The notes: generated by a model from the letters alone, not told the origin. A DNA stretch of 64,000 bases from Candidatus Daviesbacteria bacterium (GCA_016183305.1 JACPEW010000020.1:4247-68246); one strand, 5' to 3'; positions 8,245 to 20,260 are shown, numbered from the stretch's first letter. Numbers and translations: made by a program.

Positions 8245-9498
8245 TTAAGTCCCCTCATTCCAGGAGGAGAGGTATTTTTTCTGTTCCTCTGTGAGGGTAT
8301 CAATTTTAGTTCCCAAAGATTCTAACTTTAATTTAGCAATCATATCATCTAGCTCTCGTGGAATAGTATAAACTCCTGGTTTTAATTTACCCTTATGTTG
8401 AATCAAATATTCTGCTGCTAAGGCTTGGTTAGCAAAAGACATGTCCATCACATCAGGCGGATGGCCTTCTGCTGAGACTAAATTAATTAACCTGCCCTCA
8501 CCTAAAACAAAAACCTTTTTCCCATCCTTTAAAGTAATTTCTTCCAAATTAGACCTTAAAACCCTTCTATTTTTAGCAGCTTTTACCAAGCCTTCATAAT
8601 CAAATTCCACATTAAAATGGCCGGTATTACAAACAACTGCCCCATCTTTTAATGAAGTGAGCATTTTTAAAGGCAATACATCTTTATTGCCAGTAGCTGT
8701 GCAAATAATATCTGCTGATTTAATAGCCTCCTCCATTGGCATTACCTCAAATCCATCCATAACAGCCTCCAAAGCTTTTAGAGGATCTACCTCAGTAACT
8801 ATTACTTGTGCTCCCATCCCTCTGGCTCTGCTAGCCAAACCTCTGCCACACCATCCATAACCTGCCACCACAAACTTTTTCCCAGCCAGTAATACATTAG
8901 TAGCCCTGATTATTCCATCAATAGTAGACTGGCCAGTGCCATACCTGTTATCAAACATATGTTTGGTGTTTGAGTCATTGACAGCAATCACTGGAATTTT
9001 TAAAGCCCCGTCTTTTAACATAGCTTTAAGCCTGATTACTCCAGTGGTAGTTTCCTCAGATGAGCCTAAGACTTCCTTTAACTGTGACTTTCTTTCTGTA
9101 TGCAAAAGAGTAACCAAATCTGCCCCATCATCCATAGTAATTTGGGGTTTAAAGTCTAAAACAGCATTTAAGTGTTTATAATAAGTTTCTTTATCCTCAT
9201 CTCTGATAGCAAAAGTAGGGATATCAAAATCTTCTGATAAGGAGGCTGCTACCTCATCCTGGGTAGAAAGGGGATTGGAGGCACATAATGCTAATTTAGC
9301 TCCAGCGGTTTTCAAAGCAATCATGAGATTTGCTGTTTCACTCGTTACATGAAGGCAAGCTCCAATGGTTATGTCTTTGAGGGGTTTTTCCTTAGCAAAA
9401 TGCTTCTCTAAAAGCTCTAGGACCTTCATTTGTGATCCAGCCCACTCAATTTTTAATTTCCCAGCTTTTGCTAAATTTTTATCTTTAATATCGCTCAT
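8245..9498 (-). CDS. ahcY: S-adenosylhomocysteine hydrolase
   Basis: CLHVTSETA, SNPLSTQD, DDGAD, EETTTG, KHMFDNRYGTGQS, GRLINL. Confidence 0.97.
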   Translation of the reverse strand: MSDIKDKNLAKAGKLKIEWAGSQMKVLELLEKHFAKEKPLKDITIGACLHVTSETANLMIALKTAGAKLALCASNPLSTQDEVAASLSEDFDIPTFAIRDEDKETYYKHLNAVLDFKPQITMDDGADLVTLLHTERKSQLKEVLGSSEETTTGVIRLKAMLKDGALKIPVIAVNDSNTKHMFDNRYGTGQSTIDGIIRATNVLLAGKKFVVAGYGWCGRGLASRARGMGAQVIVTEVDPLKALEAVMDGFEVMPMEEAIKSADIICTATGNKDVLPLKMLTSLKDGAVVCNTGHFNVEFDYEGLVKAAKNRRVLRSNLEEITLKDGKKVFVLGEGRLINLVSAEGHPPDVMDMSFANQALAAEYLIQHKGKLKPGVYTIPRELDDMIAKLKLESLGTKIDTLTEEQKKYLSSWNEGT

Positions 9499-9588
9499 AA
9501 TAATTCAAAATTTAAAATTCAAAATGCGAAATTACAATTCAAAATTAAAAAGTTTAAATAAAAGTTTTCGAAGAAAACTTCCATACTT

Positions 9589-10524
9589 TTAACTTAACTT
9601 TAGCTCTTCTCCAAAATTCTGTTTATATCTCTCACAAAACTCTATAATTGAGAACTTGTGGTTAGTTGTACCATATTTTTCTACAGCATAACAAGCGGTA
9701 ACAGAACCCATCTGGCCACAAGTTTTGAGATCAAGATTCTTTAAATACCCTGCTAAAAAACCTGCTCTATAAGCATCACCAGCTCCTGTTGGATCTATAG
9801 CTTTGCTAACTTTACCAGCAGTTATTTGGATATTTTGGTCTTTAGTTTGGATTAAAGAGCCTTTTTCTCCTAAAGTGGTAATTAATACTTCTATATTATC
9901 CAAAAGTCCAGCCTCATCTAAAGAAACTTTTTCTTTTAATAAACTGATTTCATAATCATTGCCTATTAAGATAGCAGCTTCTTTGAGCATACCCCTTAAA
10001 TTATCTGGATTTAAAGCAGGCAGCTGCATACCTGGATCTAACATAAAAGGAATTCTTTTTTGCTGAGCTTCTCTGGTTAAATTAACCATAGCTTCTGGAT
10101 TATTTGGAGAAATTACTGCAAAATCAGTTTTTACTTTTGCTAAAGATAATTTATTAGCATACTCCATTGCTCCTGGATAAAAGGCAGTAATTTGGTTATC
10201 AGAAGAATCAGTCATAATAAAAGCAGAAGAAGTTAAATTATTTTCGGCTGTTTGGATTTGAGAAATATCTACTCCAGCATTGGCTAAGAACTTGGCATAC
10301 TCCAAAAAATCTATACCAGCCATTCCTAAGATCCCAACAGGGATGTTAAGTAAAGCCAAATTGTAGGCAATATTGCCGGCAGTCCCGCCTTTTTGTTTGC
10401 TTAAAGTATTTACCAAAAAAGATAAATTAATCTGATGGATTTTACCGGGCATAATATGGTCAGAAAACCTACCCGGGTAATTCATAATATGATCAAAAGC
10501 CAAAGATCCAGTTACGGTAATCAT
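9589..10524 (-). CDS. PfkB-family kinase (adenosine kinase-like)
   Basis: GSLAFD, GGTAGNIAY, DPTGAGDAYRAG. Confidence 0.9.
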   Translation of the reverse strand: MITVTGSLAFDHIMNYPGRFSDHIMPGKIHQINLSFLVNTLSKQKGGTAGNIAYNLALLNIPVGILGMAGIDFLEYAKFLANAGVDISQIQTAENNLTSSAFIMTDSSDNQITAFYPGAMEYANKLSLAKVKTDFAVISPNNPEAMVNLTREAQQKRIPFMLDPGMQLPALNPDNLRGMLKEAAILIGNDYEISLLKEKVSLDEAGLLDNIEVLITTLGEKGSLIQTKDQNIQITAGKVSKAIDPTGAGDAYRAGFLAGYLKNLDLKTCGQMGSVTACYAVEKYGTTNHKFSIIEFCERYKQNFGEELKLS

Positions 10525-10949
10525 TGGTATATAGTATATTGTTTTTGGTGTGCCGTAAATATATAATTTTTAAAGAAAATAAATTTAATTTGTTATATGT
10601 AATTAGGTAAAATTTACTTCCTAAGGTGGTTAGGTAAATTAAAGTTTGGGCAAACACAAGAAATTAGATAGCACTGAAAGGTGTTTAATTTTTGAGTGGC
10701 ATAACCAAGGATTATCTAATATGAACCAACCCATGCCCAATCAATTTCAGAGAAAAGAAGGTAGAATGCCTGGAATGTCAAACAGCCTTTGAAAAGCAAG
10801 AGAATTTTGGATATGTGATTGATCATTTAAGAGGAGGTTGGAGCCCCAACAGACCCAGAAAAAGGTTACAACACAAAACACCACAGGAAGGAAGTATTAC
10901 TCATACCTTAAGGGGTTGCATTAGTTCCTAGAATACAGGAGAATTGTGT

Positions 10950-11615
10950 TTAGCGCCAGTCGATGGGTGTTATCCCGTGTGCCAAAAGGTATTGATTACA
11001 CTTGCTAAAGTGATGTTTGCCAACAAATAGTGATGCAGAATACGGAGATGGATGCCCGGATGTCAGCACTAAATTCTGATCTCTGCTTATTACCTCCCCT
11101 TTGCTTTGGGCATATTTTCCCCATAATAGATATACTATGTGAGTGCGTTTATTGTTAAGTGTCCGGATAACACTATCAGTAAATTGCTCCCAGCCTATTC
11201 CGGCATGAGAGGCAGGCTTATTTACCAGTACTGTTAGTACACTATTTAACATAAGTACACCTTGCTTTGCCCAGCGTGAAAGATCTCCTGAAGGTAGTGG
11301 TTTAACCTGCAAATCATTTTGTATTTCCGAAAATATATTTTTAAGGGAAGGCGGGAGGGGTATGTTGTTATTTACAGAAAAGGATAATCCATTTGCCTGG
11401 CCTGCTCCATGATATGGATCCTGTCCAACAATAACAACTTTTACAGAGTCCAAAGGGCAAAGATCAAAAGCTTTGAAGATATTTACAGCAGGGGGGTATA
11501 CCTGTTTGGTTTGATATTGACCCCGGATATTAGCGGTTAATTCTGCCCAGTATGATTTGAGGAATTCTGGTTCTAATGCTTTTTTCCATGTCGGATCAAT
11601 TTTAATATTATTCAT
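10950..11615 (-). CDS. ung: Uracil-DNA glycosylase family 1
   Basis: GQDPYH, GLSFS, PPSLKNI, HPSPYS. Confidence 0.97.
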   Translation of the reverse strand: MNNIKIDPTWKKALEPEFLKSYWAELTANIRGQYQTKQVYPPAVNIFKAFDLCPLDSVKVVIVGQDPYHGAGQANGLSFSVNNNIPLPPSLKNIFSEIQNDLQVKPLPSGDLSRWAKQGVLMLNSVLTVLVNKPASHAGIGWEQFTDSVIRTLNNKRTHIVYLLWGKYAQSKGEVISRDQNLVLTSGHPSPYSASLFVGKHHFSKCNQYLLAHGITPIDWR

Positions 11616-11625
11616 CTAGCTTCTA

Positions 11626-13362
11626 TTATTGTGTTCCCACTAAATATACTGCCTGCCAGGGTTTGTAATTAGACCTCCAGGTTTCAGAGGCAATAATCCC
11701 CTCCCCTCTGGTAACAATCCTTTTAAAGCTGACACTGGCTCCCCAGGCTGACCAATCAACTTGTTTAACTGTACCTCTTGGTAAGGTGGGATCATCCTGT
11801 CTTAATTCGGGCGGAGGAGGAGTTTGATTAGTGATTACTGGTTTACTTAAATTAACCTCTCTACCATCAGAGGTCCCATATAGATCAACATATAAAATAG
11901 TACCTGAGGTGTAAGCCTGGATTAAAATATGGGCCGGGGTATCATTTTTAAACTGAAAATCCACACTAGGATAATAAACTGTAGCATCAAGTCCTGGAGG
12001 AAAACCCTGCTCATAATAACCCACTCTATAAACATGGGCTGTTCTTTGTATTATTGGCAGCCCGGCATTCAAAACTGCCCTAAATAGGGTAGTAGAATCC
12101 TGGCAAACCCCACCACCATCATCTAAAACAGTCCTGCCTTCTTTAATCACGTAAGCTTGTCTAAAACCAGTAGCAGCAGAGATATCTCCAACTGTCCGGT
12201 TAAAAGAAAAAATCTGGCTAGGCGCTACTAAAACTCCATTAATTTTAGAAGCAGTGAGGGCAATATTATAGATCCTGTTTGGAATTGAACCAGCAAAATG
12301 GGAAATACCTCTGCCCAAAAGTTCTTTAATTCCCAAGCTGTTAACATCTTCAGTTTGGATTTTAGGCAAAACTTTAGCAACAGGCAGATTAATGGTTTTT
12401 GATCCATCATGAGTCAAAGCGGCGGTGATTTGTTGATAAGTTGCTTCAATATCTAATTTTCTGCCTTCTTGGGAGGGTTTAAAAGCAGTTACTCTTTTAG
12501 TTTCCGGATTAAATTCAAATAATCCTTCCACTACTTCCTGGTCTATTTCTGAAGCAATGCTTTTTAAATAAATAGCAGCTTTATCTTTGTTAAGCAGATT
12601 ATCTTGTCCAGTTTCTAAATCAAGTAAAGTTAGTAGTTGTTTGATATCAATAAACCAATTTTGGTTATCGAACACAAGCCTTATAGGATTACTGGCTAGT
12701 TTATCCAAAGCTGTTTTAGCTTTAATAACATGCTGGGTAGTCACTTTTGCTGGAATTGTCTTTAAAGGTATGGAAGAGGAGTATTTACCGGATAATAAAT
12801 AAGATTCTACTTTTCTTTTCATCTGGTCTTTATCTAAAGTAAAGCCAGGAACACTGTCTGTAATTTGTATTTGGGAAGAGGAAGTAGCTTCAGCAGGGGT
12901 TTCATTAAAGATTAATTTAGCATCTTGGGGTTCCTTATTTACTGCTAGTGCAGTATTATCTAATTGTTTATCTAAATTAATTACTACTTTAGGGTTGATC
13001 TTTGAGTTAGTAAAAAAGACAAATGGTGAGGTATGGGTATTATTAAAACCTTTTTCTAAAGCAGAATAATCAAGGCTAGCTGAAGAGGTAGCTAAATCTA
13101 GGGTAAATGAGCCTTGCGCCCATTCAAACTGCAGTTTTTGTTGGGCTCTTTTTTGAAACCTAGCATCTACAGCTTTTATAGCCTGTCCTTTGGTTAAAAA
13201 AGAGATATTAGTGTCTCCTACCAGGGTAACTGGGTAGTATTTGTTTGCCATAGCTAGCTGATAAGTAATGGTTGTTAAAACCAAAAGCACAAAGAATAAA
13301 ACTATTGACAGAAGATTTTGTTTAAAAATTTTAAAATAAGATACCTTTTTAGCTTTAGCCAC
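11626..13362 (-). CDS. VanW-domain protein with N-terminal TM and peptidoglycan-binding repeats
   Basis: FSFNRTVG, GGGVCQDSTTLFRA, GLDATV. Confidence 0.9.
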   Translation of the reverse strand: MAKAKKVSYFKIFKQNLLSIVLFFVLLVLTTITYQLAMANKYYPVTLVGDTNISFLTKGQAIKAVDARFQKRAQQKLQFEWAQGSFTLDLATSSASLDYSALEKGFNNTHTSPFVFFTNSKINPKVVINLDKQLDNTALAVNKEPQDAKLIFNETPAEATSSSQIQITDSVPGFTLDKDQMKRKVESYLLSGKYSSSIPLKTIPAKVTTQHVIKAKTALDKLASNPIRLVFDNQNWFIDIKQLLTLLDLETGQDNLLNKDKAAIYLKSIASEIDQEVVEGLFEFNPETKRVTAFKPSQEGRKLDIEATYQQITAALTHDGSKTINLPVAKVLPKIQTEDVNSLGIKELLGRGISHFAGSIPNRIYNIALTASKINGVLVAPSQIFSFNRTVGDISAATGFRQAYVIKEGRTVLDDGGGVCQDSTTLFRAVLNAGLPIIQRTAHVYRVGYYEQGFPPGLDATVYYPSVDFQFKNDTPAHILIQAYTSGTILYVDLYGTSDGREVNLSKPVITNQTPPPPELRQDDPTLPRGTVKQVDWSAWGASVSFKRIVTRGEGIIASETWRSNYKPWQAVYLVGTQ

Positions 13363-13425
13363 CTCGTTATTGTAACTTTTTAAGGTATAATTAACAAATC
13401 AGTTTATAATTTCAAAAAACCAATT

Positions 13426-13454
13426 TGTCATCCTGAGTGATTAGCGGAGGATCT
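13426..13454. repeat. TGTCAT...ATCT REP-like element
   Basis: tgtcatcctgagtgattagcggaggatct. Confidence 0.6.
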
Positions 13455-13459
13455 CTATA

Positions 13460-14770
13460 ATGAAAAAAATCATAATTATTGTCCTATCCTTAAGTATAGT
13501 TTTAGGTTTTGTATTTTGGAAATTTGGTCCAAGCATTTCCCTATTTAATAAACCAAAAGAACAGAATCCAATAACTTTAACTTATTGGGGTTTATGGGAA
13601 GATGATAATTTAATAAGGCCAGCAATTGCCCAGTATCAAAAACAACACCCCAATATTACTATCAGTTATGAACGGAAATCTTCTGTAAATTACCGGACTA
13701 GAGCTCAAACTCAAATTAGGGAAGGTGTGGGTCCAGATATCTTCAGGATGCATAATTCCTGGCTGCCGATGTTTGAGTCAGATTTAGCTCCGGCCCCTGC
13801 TGATGTTTTTAGCTTAAAAGACTATAAAAATATCTTTTACCCGGTGGCTGCAGACAGTTTTGTTAGGGGAAATTACATATATGCTGCACCAATGGAAATA
13901 GATGGTTTGGCTCTTTTTTATAATGAAGAAATGTTAAATGGAGTAGGCGGCAAACCACCAAAAAACTGGCAGGAATTTATAGATTTGGCAAATAAAATGA
14001 CAGTAAAAGATGCTACAGGGATCAAAACTTCTGGAGCAGGACTTGGGACTGCTTCAAATGTTGATCATTGGTCAGATATAGTAGCTTTACTTATTTTGCA
14101 GCAGCCAGATTCTAGTTTGACTAATGTAGCTACTCCAGAGGTGGCTGAAGTAATACGTTTTTATACTGGTTTTGTGACAGACCCAAGAAGAAAAACCTGG
14201 GATATAAATTTACCCCGGTCTACAGATATGTTTGCCCAAGGCAGGTTAGGTTTTTACTTTGCCCCTTCCTGGAGGGCTCATGAGATTAGAATAGTAAGTC
14301 CTAATCTTAAATTTAAAGTAGCTGCAGTGCCACAACTTTCTGGTAAAGCTTTTGGCTGGGCTTCGTTTTGGGGTGAGGCTGTCTCTGCAAGGTCTAAAAA
14401 TATTGCTGAAGCCTGGAAATTTATTAAATTTTTAACTTCCCCTGAGGTACAAAGACTGACTTACCAACAGGCTGCTCAAATTAGGTTATTTGGTGAGCCT
14501 TACTCACATACTAGCCTGCAAGCAGAGTTAAGTCAGGATCCGATTGTTGGAGCATTTGTAACTCAAGGCCCAATTTATAAAACCTGGTATCTTTCTTCAA
14601 ATACTTTTGATAATGGCTTAAATGATGAAATGATTAAATATTTTGAAGATGGGATCAACGCTGCCTTAGCAGGATCTAATCCACTCTCAGCTTTACAGAC
14701 AGTTAACCAAGGTATCCAGCAAGTCTTAGGAAAATACACTCAACAAGCCCCTCCTGCTACAAGTAGATAA
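13460..14770 (+). CDS. ABC-type sugar-family extracellular solute-binding protein
   Basis: TM anchor, ITLTYWG, GPDIF, LALFYN, PPKNWQE, EAWKFIKFLTS. Confidence 0.85.
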   Translation: MKKIIIIVLSLSIVLGFVFWKFGPSISLFNKPKEQNPITLTYWGLWEDDNLIRPAIAQYQKQHPNITISYERKSSVNYRTRAQTQIREGVGPDIFRMHNSWLPMFESDLAPAPADVFSLKDYKNIFYPVAADSFVRGNYIYAAPMEIDGLALFYNEEMLNGVGGKPPKNWQEFIDLANKMTVKDATGIKTSGAGLGTASNVDHWSDIVALLILQQPDSSLTNVATPEVAEVIRFYTGFVTDPRRKTWDINLPRSTDMFAQGRLGFYFAPSWRAHEIRIVSPNLKFKVAAVPQLSGKAFGWASFWGEAVSARSKNIAEAWKFIKFLTSPEVQRLTYQQAAQIRLFGEPYSHTSLQAELSQDPIVGAFVTQGPIYKTWYLSSNTFDNGLNDEMIKYFEDGINAALAGSNPLSALQTVNQGIQQVLGKYTQQAPPATSR

Positions 14771-14771
14771 T

Positions 14772-15092
14772 ATGGATATGGTTAAGATTGTGACTTTTGT
14801 TCCTGTAAAAGATGCTGAGAAAGTGAGAACTGTTATGGGAGATGCAGGGGCTGGAGTATTAGGAAATTATACTCATGCCTCTTTTTCTACCAGAGGCATA
14901 GGTAGATTCATTCCCACTCAAGGAGCACATCCAGCCATAGGTAAGATAGGGCAGTTAACAGAAGTAGAAGAAGAAAGGATAGAAGTAATTTGTCCAAAAG
15001 AAAAAGCCAAAGAAGTAATTGCAGCAATTAAGAAAACTCATCCCTATGAAGAAGTTCCTTTGGAAGTTTACCAGTTAGTAGAGGAGGCCTGA
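14772..15092 (+). CDS. YqfO/NIF3 PII-like small protein
   Basis: KIVTFVP, GAGVLGNYTHASF, HPYEE. Confidence 0.8.
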   Translation: MDMVKIVTFVPVKDAEKVRTVMGDAGAGVLGNYTHASFSTRGIGRFIPTQGAHPAIGKIGQLTEVEEERIEVICPKEKAKEVIAAIKKTHPYEEVPLEVYQLVEEA

Positions 15093-15302
15093 TGCAAAGA
15101 GCATCAAAGCCCCAAAAATTATAGCTAGTATTCCGTATATTCTATATGTCCATACAGTAATTGTTGTTATCTTGGTCTGAATCCCACGCATTGAATTAGT
15201 CAAACGTATTGTGAATTCCCTAGTAGGTTTGAAAAGCATACTTATCCCCCATACAATAAAAACAATTCCGAAAAAAGCAAATACAATATTAGTAGGTGTC
15301 AT
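15075..15302 (-). CDS. Small two-TM membrane protein
   Basis: Two hydrophobic segments. Confidence 0.55.
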   Translation of the reverse strand: MTPTNIVFAFFGIVFIVWGISMLFKPTREFTIRLTNSMRGIQTKITTITVWTYRIYGILAIIFGALMLFASGLLY

Positions 15303-15314
15303 TTCTTGATAAAG

Positions 15315-15509
15315 TTAAGACTTACGATTAAAGTAGTTTCTGTTTTGATACACATAAAATGCAGCTAATGCTACGATTACGAGAAAAAATCCTGTATATA
15401 TTTTGTCACTAGTTTGGGTATTATTGTTTAAACCTATTATAAAAAGTAGTACCTCAGTTAAAGTTATCCCTAAAAATAATTTCCAGCTCCAGGATAATCT
15501 TTTAATCAT
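15315..15509 (-). CDS. Small two-TM membrane protein
   Basis: Two hydrophobic segments. Confidence 0.5.
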   Translation of the reverse strand: MIKRLSWSWKLFLGITLTEVLLFIIGLNNNTQTSDKIYTGFFLVIVALAAFYVYQNRNYFNRKS

Positions 15510-15569
15510 CCCAATGATCCATTACTAAATTTGTCTTAGTATAGCGATAAGAAATTTGCAACGGTCGTT

Positions 15570-16532
15570 TTAGAGTAAAGGTGGTAAGTTAATTAGCTGG
15601 ACTTCAGGTTCTAAGATAACTCCAAATTTTTCTTTGACTTTTTTAGCATATTCTTTGGCTAAAGTATAAAAAGCTTTAGCTGTGCCAGTACCAGTGTTTA
15701 AGAATAAATTAGCATGGTATGGGGCTATTTCTATACCATCTACAGACTGGTCTTTTGCTCCAACTATTTCTAATAATGTTCCTGCTGGGATTTTTCCATA
15801 AACTATTTTGCCTGCAGGGATTCTGGCTAAGATTTCAGCAGGTAAATCTGAGGCAATTAGGTTTTTGAAAAAACTGCCAGGACATTTAATGCCTTTTGGA
15901 TATTTAATTAATCTGGCTGCTAAAGTTTGCTCAGCTTCTTTTTTGAGTTCAATAGTATCTCCTGCTGTAAGCTGAAATTCAACTTCTAAGATAAAATGAT
16001 GGGTTTTTTTAAAAATGCTATCCCTGTACCCAAACCTACACTCAGGATTGTTAAATTGCTGAATTGTTAAATTATTGGGATTTAAAGTTGTGACTGTAAT
16101 AAGGTGGTCAGAAATTGCCTGGCCATAAGCTCCTGCATTACCATAGATTGCTCCGCCAACAGTACCGGGAATGCCTGCTAATTTTTGCAAGCCAGCAAGT
16201 TGATGGGAAATAGCATAATCAACCAATGCTTGCAAAGGAGTGCCACTTTTAACCTTTACTTTTACAGGCACCTCGGGGGTGGGCTTTGACTCCCCCGAGG
16301 CGGATATTCCCACTATTTCATTTTTTATAACTAGGGCATTCACCCCTTCATCAGCAATTAGTAAATTGCTGCCACCGCCAATTATTAAATAATCCAAATT
16401 ATTTTCTTTGGCATATTGGATAGCTTGAACTAATTCTTCCTGGGTTTTAACTGCTGCAAATTTTTTAGCAGGCCCACCAATAGATAGTGTAGTGATATTT
16501 TTTAATAAGTAGTTATCAATAAATTTAAGCAT
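15570..16532 (-). CDS. murB: UDP-N-acetylmuramate dehydrogenase
   Basis: IGGGSNLL, GIPGTVGGAIYGNAGAYG, FGYRDS, GSFFKN, HANLF, LEPEV; start at ATG 16532. Confidence 0.95.
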   Translation of the reverse strand: MLKFIDNYLLKNITTLSIGGPAKKFAAVKTQEELVQAIQYAKENNLDYLIIGGGSNLLIADEGVNALVIKNEIVGISASGESKPTPEVPVKVKVKSGTPLQALVDYAISHQLAGLQKLAGIPGTVGGAIYGNAGAYGQAISDHLITVTTLNPNNLTIQQFNNPECRFGYRDSIFKKTHHFILEVEFQLTAGDTIELKKEAEQTLAARLIKYPKGIKCPGSFFKNLIASDLPAEILARIPAGKIVYGKIPAGTLLEIVGAKDQSVDGIEIAPYHANLFLNTGTGTAKAFYTLAKEYAKKVKEKFGVILEPEVQLINLPPLL

Positions 16533-16551
16533 AGGTGATATTATACCTCTT

Positions 16552-17433
16552 ATGGAGAAGGCTATACTTAAGACTCTCATTTATGCTGATATCTTTGATT
16601 ACCCTTTAACTGTATTTGAAATTCATAAATGGTTAATAGGTAAAAAAGCCACCCTCAGGCAAGTAGAGAAGACTCTTTATAAGTTGAGTCGAGAGTCAAG
16701 GGTTAAGAGTCAAGGGGAATATTATTATTTACCCAGAAGAAGTAAATTAGTAAGCAAAAGATTACGCTGCGGGCAGCAGTCTTTAATATATTTTAGAAAG
16801 GCAAAGATGCTTTCTCAAATTTTAAAACTTATTCCCTGGGTAAAACTTGTAGGGATTTCTGGAGGTCTTGCGCTAAATAGTGCCTCTAAAAAGGATGATA
16901 TAGATTTATTTATTATTATCTCTAAAAACAGGTTATGGGTTAGCAGATTATTTATAATAGGACTGTTTTCTTTGATAGGCCAAAGAAGGAAAAAAGGTGA
17001 CCAGGGAAGAAAAATTGCAGGCAAATTCTGTATCAATATCCTGCTTGAAGAAGATAAATTAGAGCAGCAAAATAAAGATATTTTTATAGCACATGAACTA
17101 TTACAAATGAAACCTTTATGGTTTAGAGGCGGGATTTATTCTAAATATCTTTTAGATAATGAGTGGGTTTTTAAATCTTTACCAAACTGGATAGGGAATG
17201 CCAGCCAGGAATTAAGAATTATGAATTATGAATCAAGGAGAAAGCACAAAAACCGCAATTCACTTATAAGTCTTCTAGAGAGTTTTGCTAAATGGTTTCA
17301 ACTTAAGATTATGCAGCAATCCCGAGGCATGGAGCGGATAGAAGATGGGGCTTTATACTTTCATCCAAAAGATTGCAGGCGCGGGGTTTTGTCTAAATAT
17401 AAGCAAAGAGTGAGTTTCATAATCAGTCCTTGA
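16552..17433 (+). CDS. Conserved protein with a nucleotidyltransferase-like motif
   Basis: YADIFDYPLT; GISGGLA...DDIDLFII; KFCINI. Confidence 0.65.
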   Translation: MEKAILKTLIYADIFDYPLTVFEIHKWLIGKKATLRQVEKTLYKLSRESRVKSQGEYYYLPRRSKLVSKRLRCGQQSLIYFRKAKMLSQILKLIPWVKLVGISGGLALNSASKKDDIDLFIIISKNRLWVSRLFIIGLFSLIGQRRKKGDQGRKIAGKFCINILLEEDKLEQQNKDIFIAHELLQMKPLWFRGGIYSKYLLDNEWVFKSLPNWIGNASQELRIMNYESRRKHKNRNSLISLLESFAKWFQLKIMQQSRGMERIEDGALYFHPKDCRRGVLSKYKQRVSFIISP

Positions 17434-17459
17434 CAAGTAGTGCTAGTGTTTGGTATAAA
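17420..17459 (+). promoter_or_regulatory. groES promoter with degenerate CIRCE over the -35
   Basis: TAATCAGTC-N9(cTTGACAag)-TAGTGCTAG vs TTAGCACTC-N9-GAGTGCTAA; TATAAA at 17454. Confidence 0.5.
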
Positions 17460-17496
17460 TCATTTCTAGTTTGTAGTCTGCCCTCAATATCTTAGT

Positions 17497-17826
17497 ATGT
17501 CAAAAGTTAAAAAAGAGTCAAGAGTCAAGAGTCAAGAGTCAAGGATTAAACCTCTGATGGGTTATATACTGGTTGAACCTTCTGAGGCAGAAAGCAGGAC
17601 AGCCTTAGGTATAATCTTGCCAGAATCAGCTCAAGAAAAGCCAGCCCAGGGAAAAGTAGTAGCTTGTGGTGATGAAATGGTTTTAGAAAATGGCAAAGTG
17701 GTAAAATGCCCAGTTAGTGTTGGAGATAAAGTAGTTTACAAAAAATGGGGCGGGGATGAAATTAAAGCAGATGGCAGGGAATTAAAATTAGTAAAATTTG
17801 ATGACCTAATGGCAATATTGGAGTAA
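17497..17826 (+). CDS. groES: Co-chaperonin GroES
   Basis: IKPL..ILV, GIILPESAQEKP, VGDKVVY; N-terminal (AAGAGTC)4 repeat. Confidence 0.95.
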   Translation: MSKVKKESRVKSQESRIKPLMGYILVEPSEAESRTALGIILPESAQEKPAQGKVVACGDEMVLENGKVVKCPVSVGDKVVYKKWGGDEIKADGRELKLVKFDDLMAILE

Positions 17827-19446
<1,620 letters not shown>

Positions 19447-19448
19447 AA

Positions 19449-19862
19449 TTAGAAAAAAGGGTTAATTATTCTAAGGCCTTGAAATTTCTTAAAATCAGAA
19501 ACATTATCTGTTGCTATCGTAGCTATCCCATTGCTTAAAGCAGTAGCTGCCAGGTATGCATAAAATATCCTATTACCAACCAGATTATGTTTTTTTATAA
19601 GTTCAAGAAATAGGTAATAAGAAGTTTGTGTAGGAGAAATTATCCGGCATGATTGCGTGATGGCCTGGGTAGCTGTTAGTGCCATATCTAAGCTCATTGG
19701 ATTAGAAAATTTTTGGTGAGTTAATACCCTGATAGTCTCTAAAATATTTTGATGGGCAATTTCTAAATTTCTTAAATTTTCTTGTAAAAATTGCTGGGAT
19801 TTTTTATGTTTAGGAGAATCAGTATTTATAGAGTAGATTAAAATATTACTATCAATGAGCAT
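19449..19862 (-). CDS. vapC: PIN-domain toxin, probably inactive (IFY where IFD is expected)
   Basis: MLIDSNILIY...LETIRVLT...NRIFYAYLAAT...TDNVSDF. Confidence 0.8.
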   Translation of the reverse strand: MLIDSNILIYSINTDSPKHKKSQQFLQENLRNLEIAHQNILETIRVLTHQKFSNPMSLDMALTATQAITQSCRIISPTQTSYYLFLELIKKHNLVGNRIFYAYLAATALSNGIATIATDNVSDFKKFQGLRIINPFF

Positions 19863-19863
19863 T

Positions 19864-20260
19864 TTAAATCTTAGGGTCTTGGTAAAAATCGTCACGGGTT
19901 AAATTATCCAGAGGTTCTCCCAGGTGATGGGTTTTAAAGATGATTTTTTCAGCTTTTTTTGGCGTCTTTGTCTAAATATTCTTCCAGGGCCTGGTTAAAA
20001 ATTTCCTGCAAAGCGACATCGTCTTGCAAAGCTTTCCTTTCGGGCCTTTGTGGTTGTTGTGGATGACGGGTTAAATTTAACCTTCTTGGTTCAACTGGTG
20101 CTTCAGGGAGTCTTAAAACTAATGGCTCTTCCCGTTGTGGTCTTGGTTGTTGCCCTGACCTTCTTAAAATTAAGGGAGGCCTGTGTAAAGACCTGATAGT
20201 ATCTTCCATGGCTTTATATAATCCTTCCCCATCTGTAATAGGCCTTTCGTTTTCAGGCAT
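19864..20260 (-). pseudogene. Chimeric, frameshifted RHH antitoxin fused to an orphan N-terminus
   Basis: KALQDDVALQEIFNQALEEYL continues as AEKIIFKTHHLGEPLDNLTRDDFYQDPKI* if the A7 tract (19954-19960) is A6; that stop lies next to the vapC ATG. Confidence 0.6.

Noticed and set aside
10645..10710. c-di-GMP-I riboswitch (GGCAAAC)
   Set aside because: The downstream GACGCAAAGC and second-stem landmarks are absent.
10915..10940. Possible duplicate of the vanW 3' end beyond ung
   Set aside because: Similarity is too short and weak to support.
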